This document shows positions 22,110 through 33,084 of a stretch of 64,000 nucleotides of DNA, one piece after another (position 1 is the stretch's first letter; every line of letters begins with the position of its first letter). Below the pieces are notes generated by a model. It ran no database searches. It was not told where the DNA came from and saw only the letters and a program-made list of their open reading frames with translations. The DNA is from a virus (Duplodnaviria > Caudoviricetes): the IMG/VR virus record IMGVR_UViG_3300032038_000010, positions 64,001 to 128,000 of that record. One strand, 5' to 3'. A program made the position numbers and the translations under genes.

Positions 22110-22145
22110 ATGGTGCAGTCTTAAGACTGCACCATTTTATTTTTA
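22110..22145 (+). terminator. Intrinsic terminator
   Basis: ATGGTGCAGTC TTAA GACTGCACCAT plus T tract. Confidence 0.75.
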
Positions 22146-22185
22146 TCAAAAATTATTATATAATATATATATAGAAATAAGAGAG

Positions 22186-22773
22186 GTGATAAATATGATT
22201 GATTGTTTATATCAACCATTTAAACATTGGGCAAATAATAAAGCTATTTGGATTTATAGTGATACTCATTTTGAAGATTCTGATTGCCATTTAATGGATT
22301 CAAATTGGATTACTCCAACTGAGCAAATCAAAATTTTAAATAGCCAAGCAGGTCGTAAAGATACTTTAATTTTACTTGGAGATATTGGAAATCCTGAATG
22401 GCTAAATAAACTTCATGCAAGCTATAAAATATTAATTACGGGCAATCATGATAAAGGAACATCAATATATAAATCTTATTTTGATGAAATATATAACGGG
22501 CCACTTTTAATAGCAGATAAAATTTTACTTAGCCATGAACCTATTAATGGATTAGATTGGTGCCTTAATATACATGGGCATGATCATGGCTCTAATGGCG
22601 GCCGCGTTAATTTAAATCATTATTGTGTTTGTTCAAATACTGTTCAATATAAAGCATTAAATTTAAATAGTTTTATTAAAAATGGAGGATTGGCACATAT
22701 TCCTTCAATTCATCGTTTAACAATTAATTATGCAACAGAACATAGTTTACATAAAGAGGTAGATAATGGATAA
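22186..22773 (+). CDS. Calcineurin-like phosphoesterase
   Basis: SDTHF, LGD, GNHD, SHEP, HGHDH. Confidence 0.8.
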   Translation: MINMIDCLYQPFKHWANNKAIWIYSDTHFEDSDCHLMDSNWITPTEQIKILNSQAGRKDTLILLGDIGNPEWLNKLHASYKILITGNHDKGTSIYKSYFDEIYNGPLLIADKILLSHEPINGLDWCLNIHGHDHGSNGGRVNLNHYCVCSNTVQYKALNLNSFIKNGGLAHIPSIHRLTINYATEHSLHKEVDNG

Positions 22774-24691
22774 ATTAGAAATGGGAGCTTTGGTTAATAA
22801 ACTTAATAAATATACTGAAGCTTATGATGCAGGAACACCTCTTATTTCTGATAAAGAATGGGATGAATTATATTTTCAATTAGTGGAAGCAGAAAAAGAG
22901 ACTGGAATTATCTTACCTAATTCACCAACTCAGTCCATTCATTTTCAGACTGTTACTAAACTAAATAAAGTAAAACATAATCATCCAATGCTTTCATTAG
23001 ATAAAACAAAAGATGCTAATACAATTCAATCGTTCCTTGGAGAAAAAGATTGGATTGCTATGTGTAAAATGGATGGATTAACTTGTTCTTTAAAATATGA
23101 AGATGGAAAATTAGTTAGCGCGGAGACAAGAGGAAATGGAGAAATAGGAGAAGATATACTCCATAATGCACTTTGTGTAAAATCTATTCCTCATAGTATT
23201 CCATTTAAAGATGAACTAATTGTAGATGGAGAAATAATTTGCACTTATAATAATTTTAAACTATTTTCTGAACAGTATAAAAATCCAAGAAATTTTGCAT
23301 CGGGCAGTATAAGATTGCTTGATTCAAAGGAATGTTTTAAACGTAATCTTGATTTTATTGCTTGGGATGCTATTACTAATTTTGCAAGTACATTATCTAT
23401 CAAATTACTTATATTGCAATCTTATGGTTTTACTGTTGTACCAAGAATTATCAAAGATGATTCAATTACAATAGAAGACGCTATTAATGAACTTCAAGAA
23501 AGAGCAAATGAGTCATCATATCCAATTGATGGCATTGTATTTAAATATGATTTAGTAACAGATTATAATGCGGCAGGCCGCACAGACCATCATTTTAAGG
23601 GTGGAATGGCATATAAATTTTATGATGAAACTTATTCCACTAATTTAAAATATATTGATTGGACAATGGGGAAAACAGGTATTCTTTCTCCTGTTGCTGT
23701 ATTTAATCCAGTAGATATTGATGGTACTACTGTAGAAAGAGCTTCTTTACATAATATTAGTATTATGCAAGAAACAATGGGTATTCCTTATGAGGGAGAA
23801 GCTCTTGAAATCTTTAAAAGTAATCAAATCATTCCGCAGGTATATTCTGCTGAAAAGAAAAATGATATTATACCTTTAGAGATACCTAAGATTTGTCCTA
23901 TATGCGGTCAGCCTACTGAAATTAAAGAAGATGGTATTGCTAAAATATTATATTGCTCAAATCCTAATTGTGAAGGTAAACTATTAAATCAATTAGACCA
24001 TTTTTGTGGTAAAAAAGGATTAGATATTAAAGGATTATCAAAAGCAACACTATCTAAACTAATTGATTGGAATTGGGTGTCTTATTTTAAAGATATTTAT
24101 AGATTAAATGAACATAAAAAAGAATGGATACAGAAACCTGGATTTGGTGATAAATCTGTTCAAAATATTTTAAATGCAATAGAAGAAAGTAGAAAACCAG
24201 AATTATGGCGAGTGATTGCGGCCGCCTCTATTCCAAATATAGGTGGAGTTGCATCTAAAGAATTAGCTAGTTATTTTAAAACTTATGCTAATTTTAGAAA
24301 AGCAGTTGAAGATAATTTTGATTTTACTCAACTAGAAGATTTTGGAGAAGTCGCAAATTATGATATTTTGAATTTTAATTATACAAATATTGATGATGTA
24401 GTATCTTATGCTTTTGAAATTCAAGACGCGGCGGCCGCCCCTCAGGAGATGTCGCTAGACAAGGTTCAGTTTTGTATCACTGGTAAATTACAGCATTTTA
24501 AAAATAGGGACGAATTAAAAGCAAAGATTGAGTCTCTTGGCGGTAAAGTAACTGGATCAGTATCAAGCAAAACTAATTATCTTATTAATAATGATATTAA
24601 TTCAACTAGTGGTAAAAATAAGACAGCTAAATCTCTTAATGTTCCAATCATTAGTGAAGATGACTTCCTGCAAATGGTATCTTCTAATTGA
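22766..24691 (+). CDS. ligA: NAD-dependent DNA ligase
   Basis: HPMLSL, KMDG, TRGNG, NPRN, DGIV, Zn finger, BRCT. Confidence 0.95.
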   Translation: MDKLEMGALVNKLNKYTEAYDAGTPLISDKEWDELYFQLVEAEKETGIILPNSPTQSIHFQTVTKLNKVKHNHPMLSLDKTKDANTIQSFLGEKDWIAMCKMDGLTCSLKYEDGKLVSAETRGNGEIGEDILHNALCVKSIPHSIPFKDELIVDGEIICTYNNFKLFSEQYKNPRNFASGSIRLLDSKECFKRNLDFIAWDAITNFASTLSIKLLILQSYGFTVVPRIIKDDSITIEDAINELQERANESSYPIDGIVFKYDLVTDYNAAGRTDHHFKGGMAYKFYDETYSTNLKYIDWTMGKTGILSPVAVFNPVDIDGTTVERASLHNISIMQETMGIPYEGEALEIFKSNQIIPQVYSAEKKNDIIPLEIPKICPICGQPTEIKEDGIAKILYCSNPNCEGKLLNQLDHFCGKKGLDIKGLSKATLSKLIDWNWVSYFKDIYRLNEHKKEWIQKPGFGDKSVQNILNAIEESRKPELWRVIAAASIPNIGGVASKELASYFKTYANFRKAVEDNFDFTQLEDFGEVANYDILNFNYTNIDDVVSYAFEIQDAAAAPQEMSLDKVQFCITGKLQHFKNRDELKAKIESLGGKVTGSVSSKTNYLINNDINSTSGKNKTAKSLNVPIISEDDFLQMVSSN

Positions 24692-24727
24692 AAGTTATGA
24701 AAAATTTTGATATAATATATTTAAGAA

Positions 24728-24910
24728 ATGAATAAGAGAGAACAAAAAAAAATCGCTAATCGAGTAGCGAAACTCGAAAGGAATATATCATTGGGCAAAA
24801 ATGTTAAAGAAGCTCAAGCTGAAATTGAAAATATAATGACTACCCTTTCGATAGAAGATTTTATTTACATTGATAATTATATTCAAGAAATATTTTCATT
24901 GACAAAGTGA
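24728..24910 (+). CDS. Small hypothetical protein
   Basis: 60 aa after a TGATATAAT promoter. Confidence 0.55.
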   Translation: MNKREQKKIANRVAKLERNISLGKNVKEAQAEIENIMTTLSIEDFIYIDNYIQEIFSLTK

Positions 24911-25015
24911 AAAATTTTTGATATAATATATATATAATAAAGGAAGAAAATTATTAAACTACTACTTCCAATATTAAAAACTACTAATAATAATTTTTTT
25001 AAGGAGAAAACAACT

Positions 25016-25294
25016 ATGGCACTTAAGGAAAATTCACGCAAGGTTTATGATTATGTTTCTGCACATGATGGCGAGGACTTTACAGCAAAGGATATTGCTG
25101 CAGCACTCGGACTTGATGCTCGTCAGGTAAATGGTATCGTTACTTCAGCTTTCCAGCGTAAGGGACTTATGGAGAGAGTTGAGGCAGAAGTTGAGAACGC
25201 AGACGGTACGCATGATAAGGTTAAGCTCGTTAAGCTGACAGACGCTGGCCGCGAGTTCGATCCAGATGCTGATCCTGAGAAGAAGGCAGAGTAA
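25016..25294 (+). CDS. Small winged-helix DNA-binding protein
   Basis: TAKDIAAALG...KGL...LTDAG pattern; strong promoter and SD. Confidence 0.65.
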   Translation: MALKENSRKVYDYVSAHDGEDFTAKDIAAALGLDARQVNGIVTSAFQRKGLMERVEAEVENADGTHDKVKLVKLTDAGREFDPDADPEKKAE

Positions 25295-25361
25295 TATATA
25301 ACATACATAGTATGCCAATAGGGTTGGGTTATATGACCCAGCCCTATTATTTTATAAAATT

Positions 25362-26294
25362 ATGATAATTGTTTTAACAATATTGATTATAATATTAATC
25401 ATATTGTTATTGAAAATGTGGCAAGATTTAAAACAAACAAAAGCATTTAAAGCAAAATAGATTGCTGATGCGACCGCCGCGCAAGAACAATATGATAATC
25501 TTATAAAGTCAATTAATGATTTAAACCTTGAAAAGGTTAAATTATATAGTGAAATTGAAACTCAAAAGAAAAATATAAATTCAATATATGAATCTGAAAC
25601 CGCTCGTATTCAATCTGAGATTGAACGATATAAAGATAAAGCTACTTACGCTGCTGAAGAATATGTTAATTCATTAAAACAATCATATGTGAAAGCAAAG
25701 TAGCAGCATGACGCACAATTATTACAGTTAGAAGAGGATAAAAAAGAATCCGAATTAGCTTTAGATAAAATACGTCAATCTTTAAGCGCGGGGGTCCAAG
25801 CTAAATTAAGATAGCAAGAAAAACGCACTCAATTAGATTTTTATAAATTAAACATTACAAATACTGAACTACAAGATATACAATTACTAGAAAATGTAAA
25901 ATTAAATTTACATAATCCGATAATTTTAAGTAAACTTATCTGGAGTACATATTTTCAAAAACAAACTAATGAACTATGTAATAGAGTAGTTGGTGTAGAT
26001 AAAAAATGTGGTATTTATAAAATCACAAATATCAATACTGAACAAGTATATATTGGACAAAGTGTTGACATTGGTTCTCGTTGGAAACAACATATTAAGT
26101 GCGGTCTGGGAATAGACGCTCCCGCAACCAATAAGTTATATAACTCTATGCAAAAAGATGGAGTTTGGAATTTTTCTTTTGAAGTTCTCGAAGAATGTCC
26201 GAAAGATCAACTAAATGAAAAAGAAGCTGAATGGATTAATATGTATCAAAGTGATAAATTCGGATATAATAGTACAAAAGGTAATAAAAGTTAA
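25362..26294 (+). CDS. Membrane-anchored coiled-coil GIY-YIG protein (TAG at 25458, 25701, 25812); absent from the ORF track
   Basis: N-terminal IIVLTILIIILIILLL; C-terminal GIYKITN...YIGQS...RWKQH; only TAG interruptions. Confidence 0.8.
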
Positions 26295-26305
26295 GGAGTT
26301 TAAAT

Positions 26306-26932
26306 ATGGTAGAAATTCCTACGATTGCAGATACGCTGCAGAAGGTAAAAAATAGTAAGTAGGCTTATAAAACATATGAAAATGCTATAAACAGTCTATC
26401 ATATTGGAAGCGACATTTAATTCTTGGAGTAATCGAGGATGATACTGGAGAATCTATTGAAAGTATGATTAAATTCTGGAACGCTCAAGATGATGAAGCT
26501 AATGTTCCAGTAGATAAAAGACAACCTATTTTACTCTTTGTTGATTCACCTGGTGGAGATTTATCTGCTGCTTTTACAATTATTGATTCTATTGCTTTTT
26601 CAAAAACACCTGTATATACTATTAACATAGGCTGCGCATATAGTGGTGGTTTCTTTGTATATATTGCAGGTCATAAACGGTTTACCTATCCGCACGCATC
26701 TTTCCTTTACCACGAAGGAAGTACAGAAATTGGTGGAGACGCAGGTAAATTTCAAAACTTTTCTGATTTCTATAAAGAACAGTTAACTGAATTAAAAAAC
26801 ATAACCTTGAAATATACAAAGATTTCAGAAGAACTTTATAATGAGAAACGTCGAGATGATTGGTGGATTACTGCTGATGAATCTATTGAATTAGGCGTTA
26901 GTGATGAAGTTTTAGACCATTTTATATATTGA
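26306..26932 (+). CDS. clpP: ClpP-like protease (TAG at 26360)
   Basis: AAGGAG SD before ATG 26306; DSPGG, AYSGG, LYHE, DWWITADE. Confidence 0.8.
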
Positions 26933-26941
26933 GGTTTATTA

Positions 26942-27613
26942 ATGAAATTTGAAAATACAGAAGTAATGAATTTTAAAGGGGCTTTCAGAGGATTGCGTAA
27001 TCCTCTTGAGTCCTGGTCTAAATCAGATAGCTCATTTGATAATGGGATGACCATAATCGGAGAAAAAGACTTGAATCTGGCGCAACGCATGATTAAAGCT
27101 GGATCAAGTGATTCTAAATTTCTTCGACAGATTTTTGTGTCTGTAGACATCACGGGCCCGTTATACTGGCTCAAGTAGCTAGACACTTACAAAGTAGCGA
27201 CTGTTGCTAATAGCACCTCAACGATGCACAAATTAGCGTCCACTCCTATTACAAAAGAATGTTTTGAAATGGGAGATTATAACAATCTTAAAGTATATGA
27301 TAATGAACCATATAAAATTAATGATTATACTGATGATTGTTGGGATGAAATAATTAATATTTGCGAAACACTTCGTCAAAGATACAATGAAACAAAAGAC
27401 CAAAGGTACTGGAAAGAATTAATTCGTATCTTACCAGAGTCTTGGCAACAGACTAGAACTTGGACAAATAATTATGCGGGCCTCCGCAATATTTACTTTC
27501 AAAGAAAAAATCATCGTTTAACTGAATGGTCAAATGATTTTTGCTCTTGGATTAAAACTCTTCCCTATGCAGCAGAATTAATTACATACCAGCCAGAGAA
27601 ATCTACTGATTGA
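26942..27613 (+). CDS. ThyX-like flavin-dependent thymidylate synthase family (TAG at 27176)
   Basis: PLYWLK*LDTYKV...STMHKL...LPESW.Q.RT...R.NHRL.EW; two track ORFs are in frame. Confidence 0.7.
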
Positions 27614-27695
27614 TTTTTTAAAAAACTTTTGCTATAATATTTATAGAAAGTTAAGAAAGAACAGCTATTATTATTTTCTATTAAGGAGAAAACTA

Positions 27696-28625
27696 ATGAG
27701 AAAGAACACAAATCAGGAACAGATTGAAGGAAGAATTTATCAGCATAATCTTCAGGAAAAGATTACTGGAGAAACCAGTAAGCATCCTGGAACACCATTT
27801 ATTGCTGGTACAATTGATGTAGCAACAGATGAACGGGGACTCAATATTCTCACAGTTCATTATACATATGTAACTGAATCTACAAAGAATGGTAATAAGA
27901 ACGCTTCTTATGCAAATCTCAAGAGGATCATTGATAATGGTAAGACTATTACTAATGATGGCATTGAGAACGCATGGAAGGTAAGACTCACGCCTGCAAT
28001 CGCACTGAATGATTTCTACCCACAGGGGCAGGATGATCTCGTATCTCAGCCTCGAAATGAGGGCGGTTTTGTATCTATTATTTCAGAGCTTCATCCAGAG
28101 GGAATCGAGAGAAATAAGTTTACAGCGGATGTCCTTATTAATAAGGTAGACCATGTTGATGCAGATGAAGAGAAGGGTATCACAGAAGATTTCGTTCGTA
28201 TGAACTGTGCGGTATTTAATTTCCGTAATGATATTCTTCCATTTACTTTCGTAGCAAAGAATAAGGATGCTATGAAGTATTTTGAAGGACTTGAACTTCC
28301 TTGCTATACTAAGGTATGGGGCAAGATTGTAAGCTCTACTCAGACTGTTAGACATAAGACTGAATCTGCTTTTGGCGGAGACGCAGTTGATACAACAGAG
28401 AAAAGAGTTCGTGAGTGGGTTGTAACAGGCGCTCAGAAGGAGCCTTATGAGTTCGGAGAAGAGAATGTTATGACCGCTGATGAAGTTAAGGAAGCGCTTG
28501 CAAATCGTAATGTAATGCTTGCTGAAAACAAGAAGAGAAGCGAAGAGTATTACGCAAAGAACGGAGCTACTTCAACATCTTCCAAGACAGATGCGGCAGT
28601 CCCCGCAGGTGGATTTAATTTCTAA
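27696..28625 (+). CDS. Putative single-stranded DNA-binding protein
   Basis: Heads the replication module; flexible tail ending in GGFNF. Confidence 0.5.
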   Translation: MRKNTNQEQIEGRIYQHNLQEKITGETSKHPGTPFIAGTIDVATDERGLNILTVHYTYVTESTKNGNKNASYANLKRIIDNGKTITNDGIENAWKVRLTPAIALNDFYPQGQDDLVSQPRNEGGFVSIISELHPEGIERNKFTADVLINKVDHVDADEEKGITEDFVRMNCAVFNFRNDILPFTFVAKNKDAMKYFEGLELPCYTKVWGKIVSSTQTVRHKTESAFGGDAVDTTEKRVREWVVTGAQKEPYEFGEENVMTADEVKEALANRNVMLAENKKRSEEYYAKNGATSTSSKTDAAVPAGGFNF

Positions 28626-28701
28626 TTAATCACTATTTTATGTAGAGGGGATTATTGATAAAATAATCCTCTCATATTTTTCTATGAAAGGATGACTAAT
28701 A

Positions 28702-29736
28702 ATGGCAGATATTAATATTTTTAACATTCAGCCGCATCAGGTTAGTCGTGATATGAGAGGATATTCCGTATTCTTCTACGGCGAACCAAAGAGTGGCAAG
28801 ACTACCACCGCATCAAAGTTTCCAAAGAGTCTTTTGCTTGCATTTGAAAAAGGTTATAATGCGCTACCTGGAGTTATGGCACAGCCTATCAATAGCTGGG
28901 CAGAGTTTAAAAAGGTTCTTCGCCAGCTGAAAGAATCTCAGGCGCATGAGATGTTTGAAACAATCATTATTGATACATCTGATATTGCGTATGACTATTG
29001 CACAAAATATATCTGTGATAATGCGCCTCGTTCAGATGGTGGATTTGGTGTTGACTCTATCTCAGATATTCCTTATGGTAAAGGATATGGAATGATTTCA
29101 AAAGAATTTGATTCATGTCTTCGTTCTATTGTAATGATGGATTATGGTCTTGTTATCATTTCTCATGCAACCGATAAGACTTTCACTGATGAACAGGGTC
29201 AGCAGTATAATAAGATTGTTCCTACTCTTGACAAAAGAGCAAATAATATTGTATCTCGTATGTGCGATATTATTGGATATTCACGTATTGTAACCGATAA
29301 AGAAGGCGTTGAATCTACAAAACTTTTTATTCGCGGTACTTCACGTTTTGAAGCTGGATCAAGATTTAAGTATACTCCAGATTATATTGATTTTAATTAT
29401 AAGTCTCTTGTCAATGCTATTGGTGATGCTATCGACAAACAGGCTAAAGAAGATGGAGAAGAGTATTTTACTGATACTCGTAGCAATCTTTATGAAGATA
29501 CTACTAAGAATCTTGATTTCGATGAACTTATGGCTACATTCAATAGCCTAGTTAAATCTATTACGGATAAGGCTTCTGATGAAGAAATGCAATCTTTTTG
29601 GGCGCCTCGTATTCAATCTATTACAGATAAATATCTTGGTAGAGGAAATAAGGTTAATAATATGTCAAGAGAGCAGGTTGAAGCTCTTTCACTTATCAAT
29701 GATGACTTGTCTGAATTAATTAATTCAAAAAAGTAA
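28702..29736 (+). CDS. AAA_24 / Sak4-like ATPase
   Basis: YGEPKSGKT, IIIDT, YGKGY, ISH, DIIGY. Confidence 0.75.
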   Translation: MADINIFNIQPHQVSRDMRGYSVFFYGEPKSGKTTTASKFPKSLLLAFEKGYNALPGVMAQPINSWAEFKKVLRQLKESQAHEMFETIIIDTSDIAYDYCTKYICDNAPRSDGGFGVDSISDIPYGKGYGMISKEFDSCLRSIVMMDYGLVIISHATDKTFTDEQGQQYNKIVPTLDKRANNIVSRMCDIIGYSRIVTDKEGVESTKLFIRGTSRFEAGSRFKYTPDYIDFNYKSLVNAIGDAIDKQAKEDGEEYFTDTRSNLYEDTTKNLDFDELMATFNSLVKSITDKASDEEMQSFWAPRIQSITDKYLGRGNKVNNMSREQVEALSLINDDLSELINSKK

Positions 29737-29848
29737 ATTCTTTAATATATACTAGATTTTTTTAAGAGGAAGATAGATAATATCTTCCTCTTTACTTTTT
29801 TATAAAAATATGATATAATAAATATAAGAATGAGGTGATATATTTATT

Positions 29849-30373
29849 ATGACAAAACATATTGTAATATGTCCATTCTGTAAACAATCTTTCGATGCAC
29901 AACCCGAAGGAGAAAATAAAGAATGGATTAAAATCAAACGCCGTTATGCTCATATGTCGTGTTATATTGATCATGAACAAAGCATGACTCAAGAGGAAAA
30001 AGATTTAAGAGATTTAGTAACATATATACAACAATTATTAGGTGATGATTATGTATATATGAAGGTAAAGAAACAAATAGAAGAATATCATAATAAATTT
30101 CAATATTCATATACAGGAATGTTGTCGTCTTTAAAATGGTATTATGAAGTTCAAAACAATAAAACAGATAAAGCTAATGGTGGCATAGGAATAATTCCAT
30201 ATATTTACAACGATGCTAAAAAATATTATTATAATATTTATTTAGCACAGCAGAAAAATGCCACTATAACAAACTACCAAGTGCCAGTGAAAGAAATTTC
30301 AATCCAGTCCCCTCGGATGTATGAGCGGCCGCCGCACTTATGGTTTGAAAATGATGAGGAGGATGAAGATTAA
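29849..30373 (+). CDS. Zn-binding protein upstream of helicase (possible loader)
   Basis: CPFC...HMSC; GIGIIPYIY. Confidence 0.55.
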   Translation: MTKHIVICPFCKQSFDAQPEGENKEWIKIKRRYAHMSCYIDHEQSMTQEEKDLRDLVTYIQQLLGDDYVYMKVKKQIEEYHNKFQYSYTGMLSSLKWYYEVQNNKTDKANGGIGIIPYIYNDAKKYYYNIYLAQQKNATITNYQVPVKEISIQSPRMYERPPHLWFENDEEDED

Positions 30374-31917
30374 TGGCACAACCAAGATATGTTGATATTC
30401 CAGCTATTGTACAAGTCATTGGAAGCGTTTATCAAAACCCAAATCTATTAGATAATGAAGCGTATCATATTACAGAAGATGATTTTACTGAAAAATTTCA
30501 TAAAGTAATTTTCGGTTCTATTTATAATCTTCATATGCTAGGCGCACAAAAAATTAATATCAATACAATAGAAGATTATCTTGGACAAAGACCAACAAAA
30601 TTAGCTATCTATAAAACTAATAAAGGGCCAGAATATCTGGAAAATCTTCAAGAATCAACTCAGGTCGAGTCTTTTGATTATTATTACAAAAGAATGAAAA
30701 AAATGACTTTACTCCGTATGTATAATGAGCGAGTCGGAATGGATTTATCATGGTTGTATGATATTAATAATATTCTTGACATAAAGAAAAAACAAAAGCA
30801 AGAAGATTGGTTAGATAATACTCCTATTGAAGATATAGCTAATCAAGTTAATGATAAAATTGAACAAATCAAATCAAAGTATGTTGATAATGCAGATGAC
30901 AGCTTTTCCGAAGCAGGAGAAGGTATTGAAGATTTAATCGTCCGTTTACAAAAATATCCTGAAGTTGGTTATCCTCTTTATGGTGCTTTAAATAACTCTA
31001 TACATCGCGGCGCCCGCCTCGGTAAGTTATATCTTCGCAGCGCGGCTACAGGAGTTGGTAAAACTAGAGCCATGGTGGCAGATTGTTGCACTATTGGATG
31101 TGCAGAATTATATGATTCTACCACGGGTTCATGGATAGCAAATGGAACTAAAGAGCCAGTTGTATTTGTAACTACTGAGCAGCAGCTAGATGAAATCCAG
31201 ACTATGATGTTAGCTTTTATAGCTAATGTCAATGAAGATCATATTCTTGACAACTCGTATGGAACAGATGAGTTAGAGAGAGTCATGCACGCCGCACAAA
31301 TCCTCAAAGAGTCTGACATTCATATCAAAAGATTACCAGACTTCAGTTTGCAAGATATTGAAAACACAATTAAATTTAGTGTACGAGAATATCATGTAAG
31401 ATATTTCTTCCATGATTATATTCATACTTCAATTAAAATTCTTAGTGAGATTAGTTCAAAAGCTAGAGTTCAAGGATTGCGTGAAGATAATATTTTGTTT
31501 ATGATTGCGGTCCGCCTAAAAGATTTAGCAGTTGAGAATGGTATCTTTATTGAAACGGCTACTCAGTTGAATGGTGATTATCGAACAGCTCAAACTTACG
31601 ACCAAAATCTTCTGCGTGGAGCAAAAAGTATTGCAGATAAAATTGACGTAGGTGAAATAATGCTTGATGTATCTCAAGAAGATAAAGAAGCATTAAAGAA
31701 ATTAATTGAACAAAATGGTTTTCCGATTCCAGATACTAAAATATCAATTTATAAAAATCGTAGAGGAAAGTATAAAGATATATTAGTTTGGTGTTCAAGT
31801 GATAAGGGCTGTTGTAAAATCAATCCTACTTTTGTAACTAATTATCAATATGAATTACTAGATATTCCAGCATTAAAAATTACTGTTACTCCGAGAGAAG
31901 AGGAGTCCGCATTTTGA
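30373..31917 (+). CDS. Replicative DnaB-like helicase
   Basis: SAATGVGKT, TTEQ, HDYI, ATQLN, KNRRG. Confidence 0.85.
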   Translation: MAQPRYVDIPAIVQVIGSVYQNPNLLDNEAYHITEDDFTEKFHKVIFGSIYNLHMLGAQKININTIEDYLGQRPTKLAIYKTNKGPEYLENLQESTQVESFDYYYKRMKKMTLLRMYNERVGMDLSWLYDINNILDIKKKQKQEDWLDNTPIEDIANQVNDKIEQIKSKYVDNADDSFSEAGEGIEDLIVRLQKYPEVGYPLYGALNNSIHRGARLGKLYLRSAATGVGKTRAMVADCCTIGCAELYDSTTGSWIANGTKEPVVFVTTEQQLDEIQTMMLAFIANVNEDHILDNSYGTDELERVMHAAQILKESDIHIKRLPDFSLQDIENTIKFSVREYHVRYFFHDYIHTSIKILSEISSKARVQGLREDNILFMIAVRLKDLAVENGIFIETATQLNGDYRTAQTYDQNLLRGAKSIADKIDVGEIMLDVSQEDKEALKKLIEQNGFPIPDTKISIYKNRRGKYKDILVWCSSDKGCCKINPTFVTNYQYELLDIPALKITVTPREEESAF

Positions 31918-33005
31918 AATATGATAAAGATGAAATAAAAAATTCATTAACAATAGAGCAAGTAGAACAATTAGTAGCAGAACTTGGCGGCGAACCTCGC
32001 CGTCAAGGAAACTATTTAGTATGTGCTACTATATGCCATAATCATCCAGGCGAAGGCTCACATAAATTGTATTATTATAATAACACAAAATTGTTTCGTT
32101 GTTATACTGAATGTGACGATACTTTTGATATATTTCAATTACTTATTAAAATTCATAAACAAAATGGAGAAGATTGGACACTATATAATGCAGAATCTTA
32201 TATAGTAAATTACTTCTCGCTTGATTTTGAAGAAGATTTTTTTGAAGAACGTTCAAATCTTCAAGATTGGCAAATTTTTTCCAAATATAAAGAAAATAAT
32301 CAAAAATCTGATAGTAAAAAAATAATCAATCTTCAAACTTTTGACGATGCATTTTTACATAATCTGCCGCAGCCGCATATTATTCCATGGGAAAAAGAAG
32401 GTATCAGTTATAACATTGAACAATTAAGAGGTATCAGATTTGATCCTGCTAATTATGGAGTAGTTATTCCACACTATAATATAGATAATAAATTAGTAGG
32501 GGTCCGCGAACGAACTCTAGTAAAAGAAAATGAAATATATGGAAAATACCGACCAGCAGTAATAAATAGAAAAATGTATAACCACCCGCTTGGGTATAAT
32601 CTTTATAATTTAAACAATAGTAAAACAGCAATAGCGGCACTCCATAAAGTCGTAGTCTTTGAAGGCGAGAAGTCTAGTCTCTTATATGCGTCTATGTTTG
32701 GTCCAGATAATGATATATCTGTAGCTTGCTGTGGAAGTAATTTAATTTCATATCAATTTAAATTACTTTATAATCTTGGAGTTAATGAAATTATCATTGC
32801 TTTTGATAGACAATTTCAAACCCTTAAAGATAAAGAATGGCAAGGTTGGACAAAGAAATTAAAAGATATACATAATAAATATGGCTCAATTGTGCAAATT
32901 AGTTTTATGTTTGATTTAGATAATAAATTAAATTATAAAGATAGTCCAATAGATCAAGGCAAAGATACTTTTATGTATTTATTTCAAAATAGAATACAGC
33001 TGTAA
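31914..33005 (+). CDS. DNA primase (Zn finger plus TOPRIM)
   Basis: ICHN...CYTEC; FEGEKS; AFDR. Confidence 0.8.
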   Translation: MKYDKDEIKNSLTIEQVEQLVAELGGEPRRQGNYLVCATICHNHPGEGSHKLYYYNNTKLFRCYTECDDTFDIFQLLIKIHKQNGEDWTLYNAESYIVNYFSLDFEEDFFEERSNLQDWQIFSKYKENNQKSDSKKIINLQTFDDAFLHNLPQPHIIPWEKEGISYNIEQLRGIRFDPANYGVVIPHYNIDNKLVGVRERTLVKENEIYGKYRPAVINRKMYNHPLGYNLYNLNNSKTAIAALHKVVVFEGEKSSLLYASMFGPDNDISVACCGSNLISYQFKLLYNLGVNEIIIAFDRQFQTLKDKEWQGWTKKLKDIHNKYGSIVQISFMFDLDNKLNYKDSPIDQGKDTFMYLFQNRIQL

Positions 33006-33084
33006 GGAGATGTCATGAATTGACATCTCTTTTTTTTTATGTTATAATAAAAATAGAAATAAAAAGTAAAAAGGACAGATTAAA

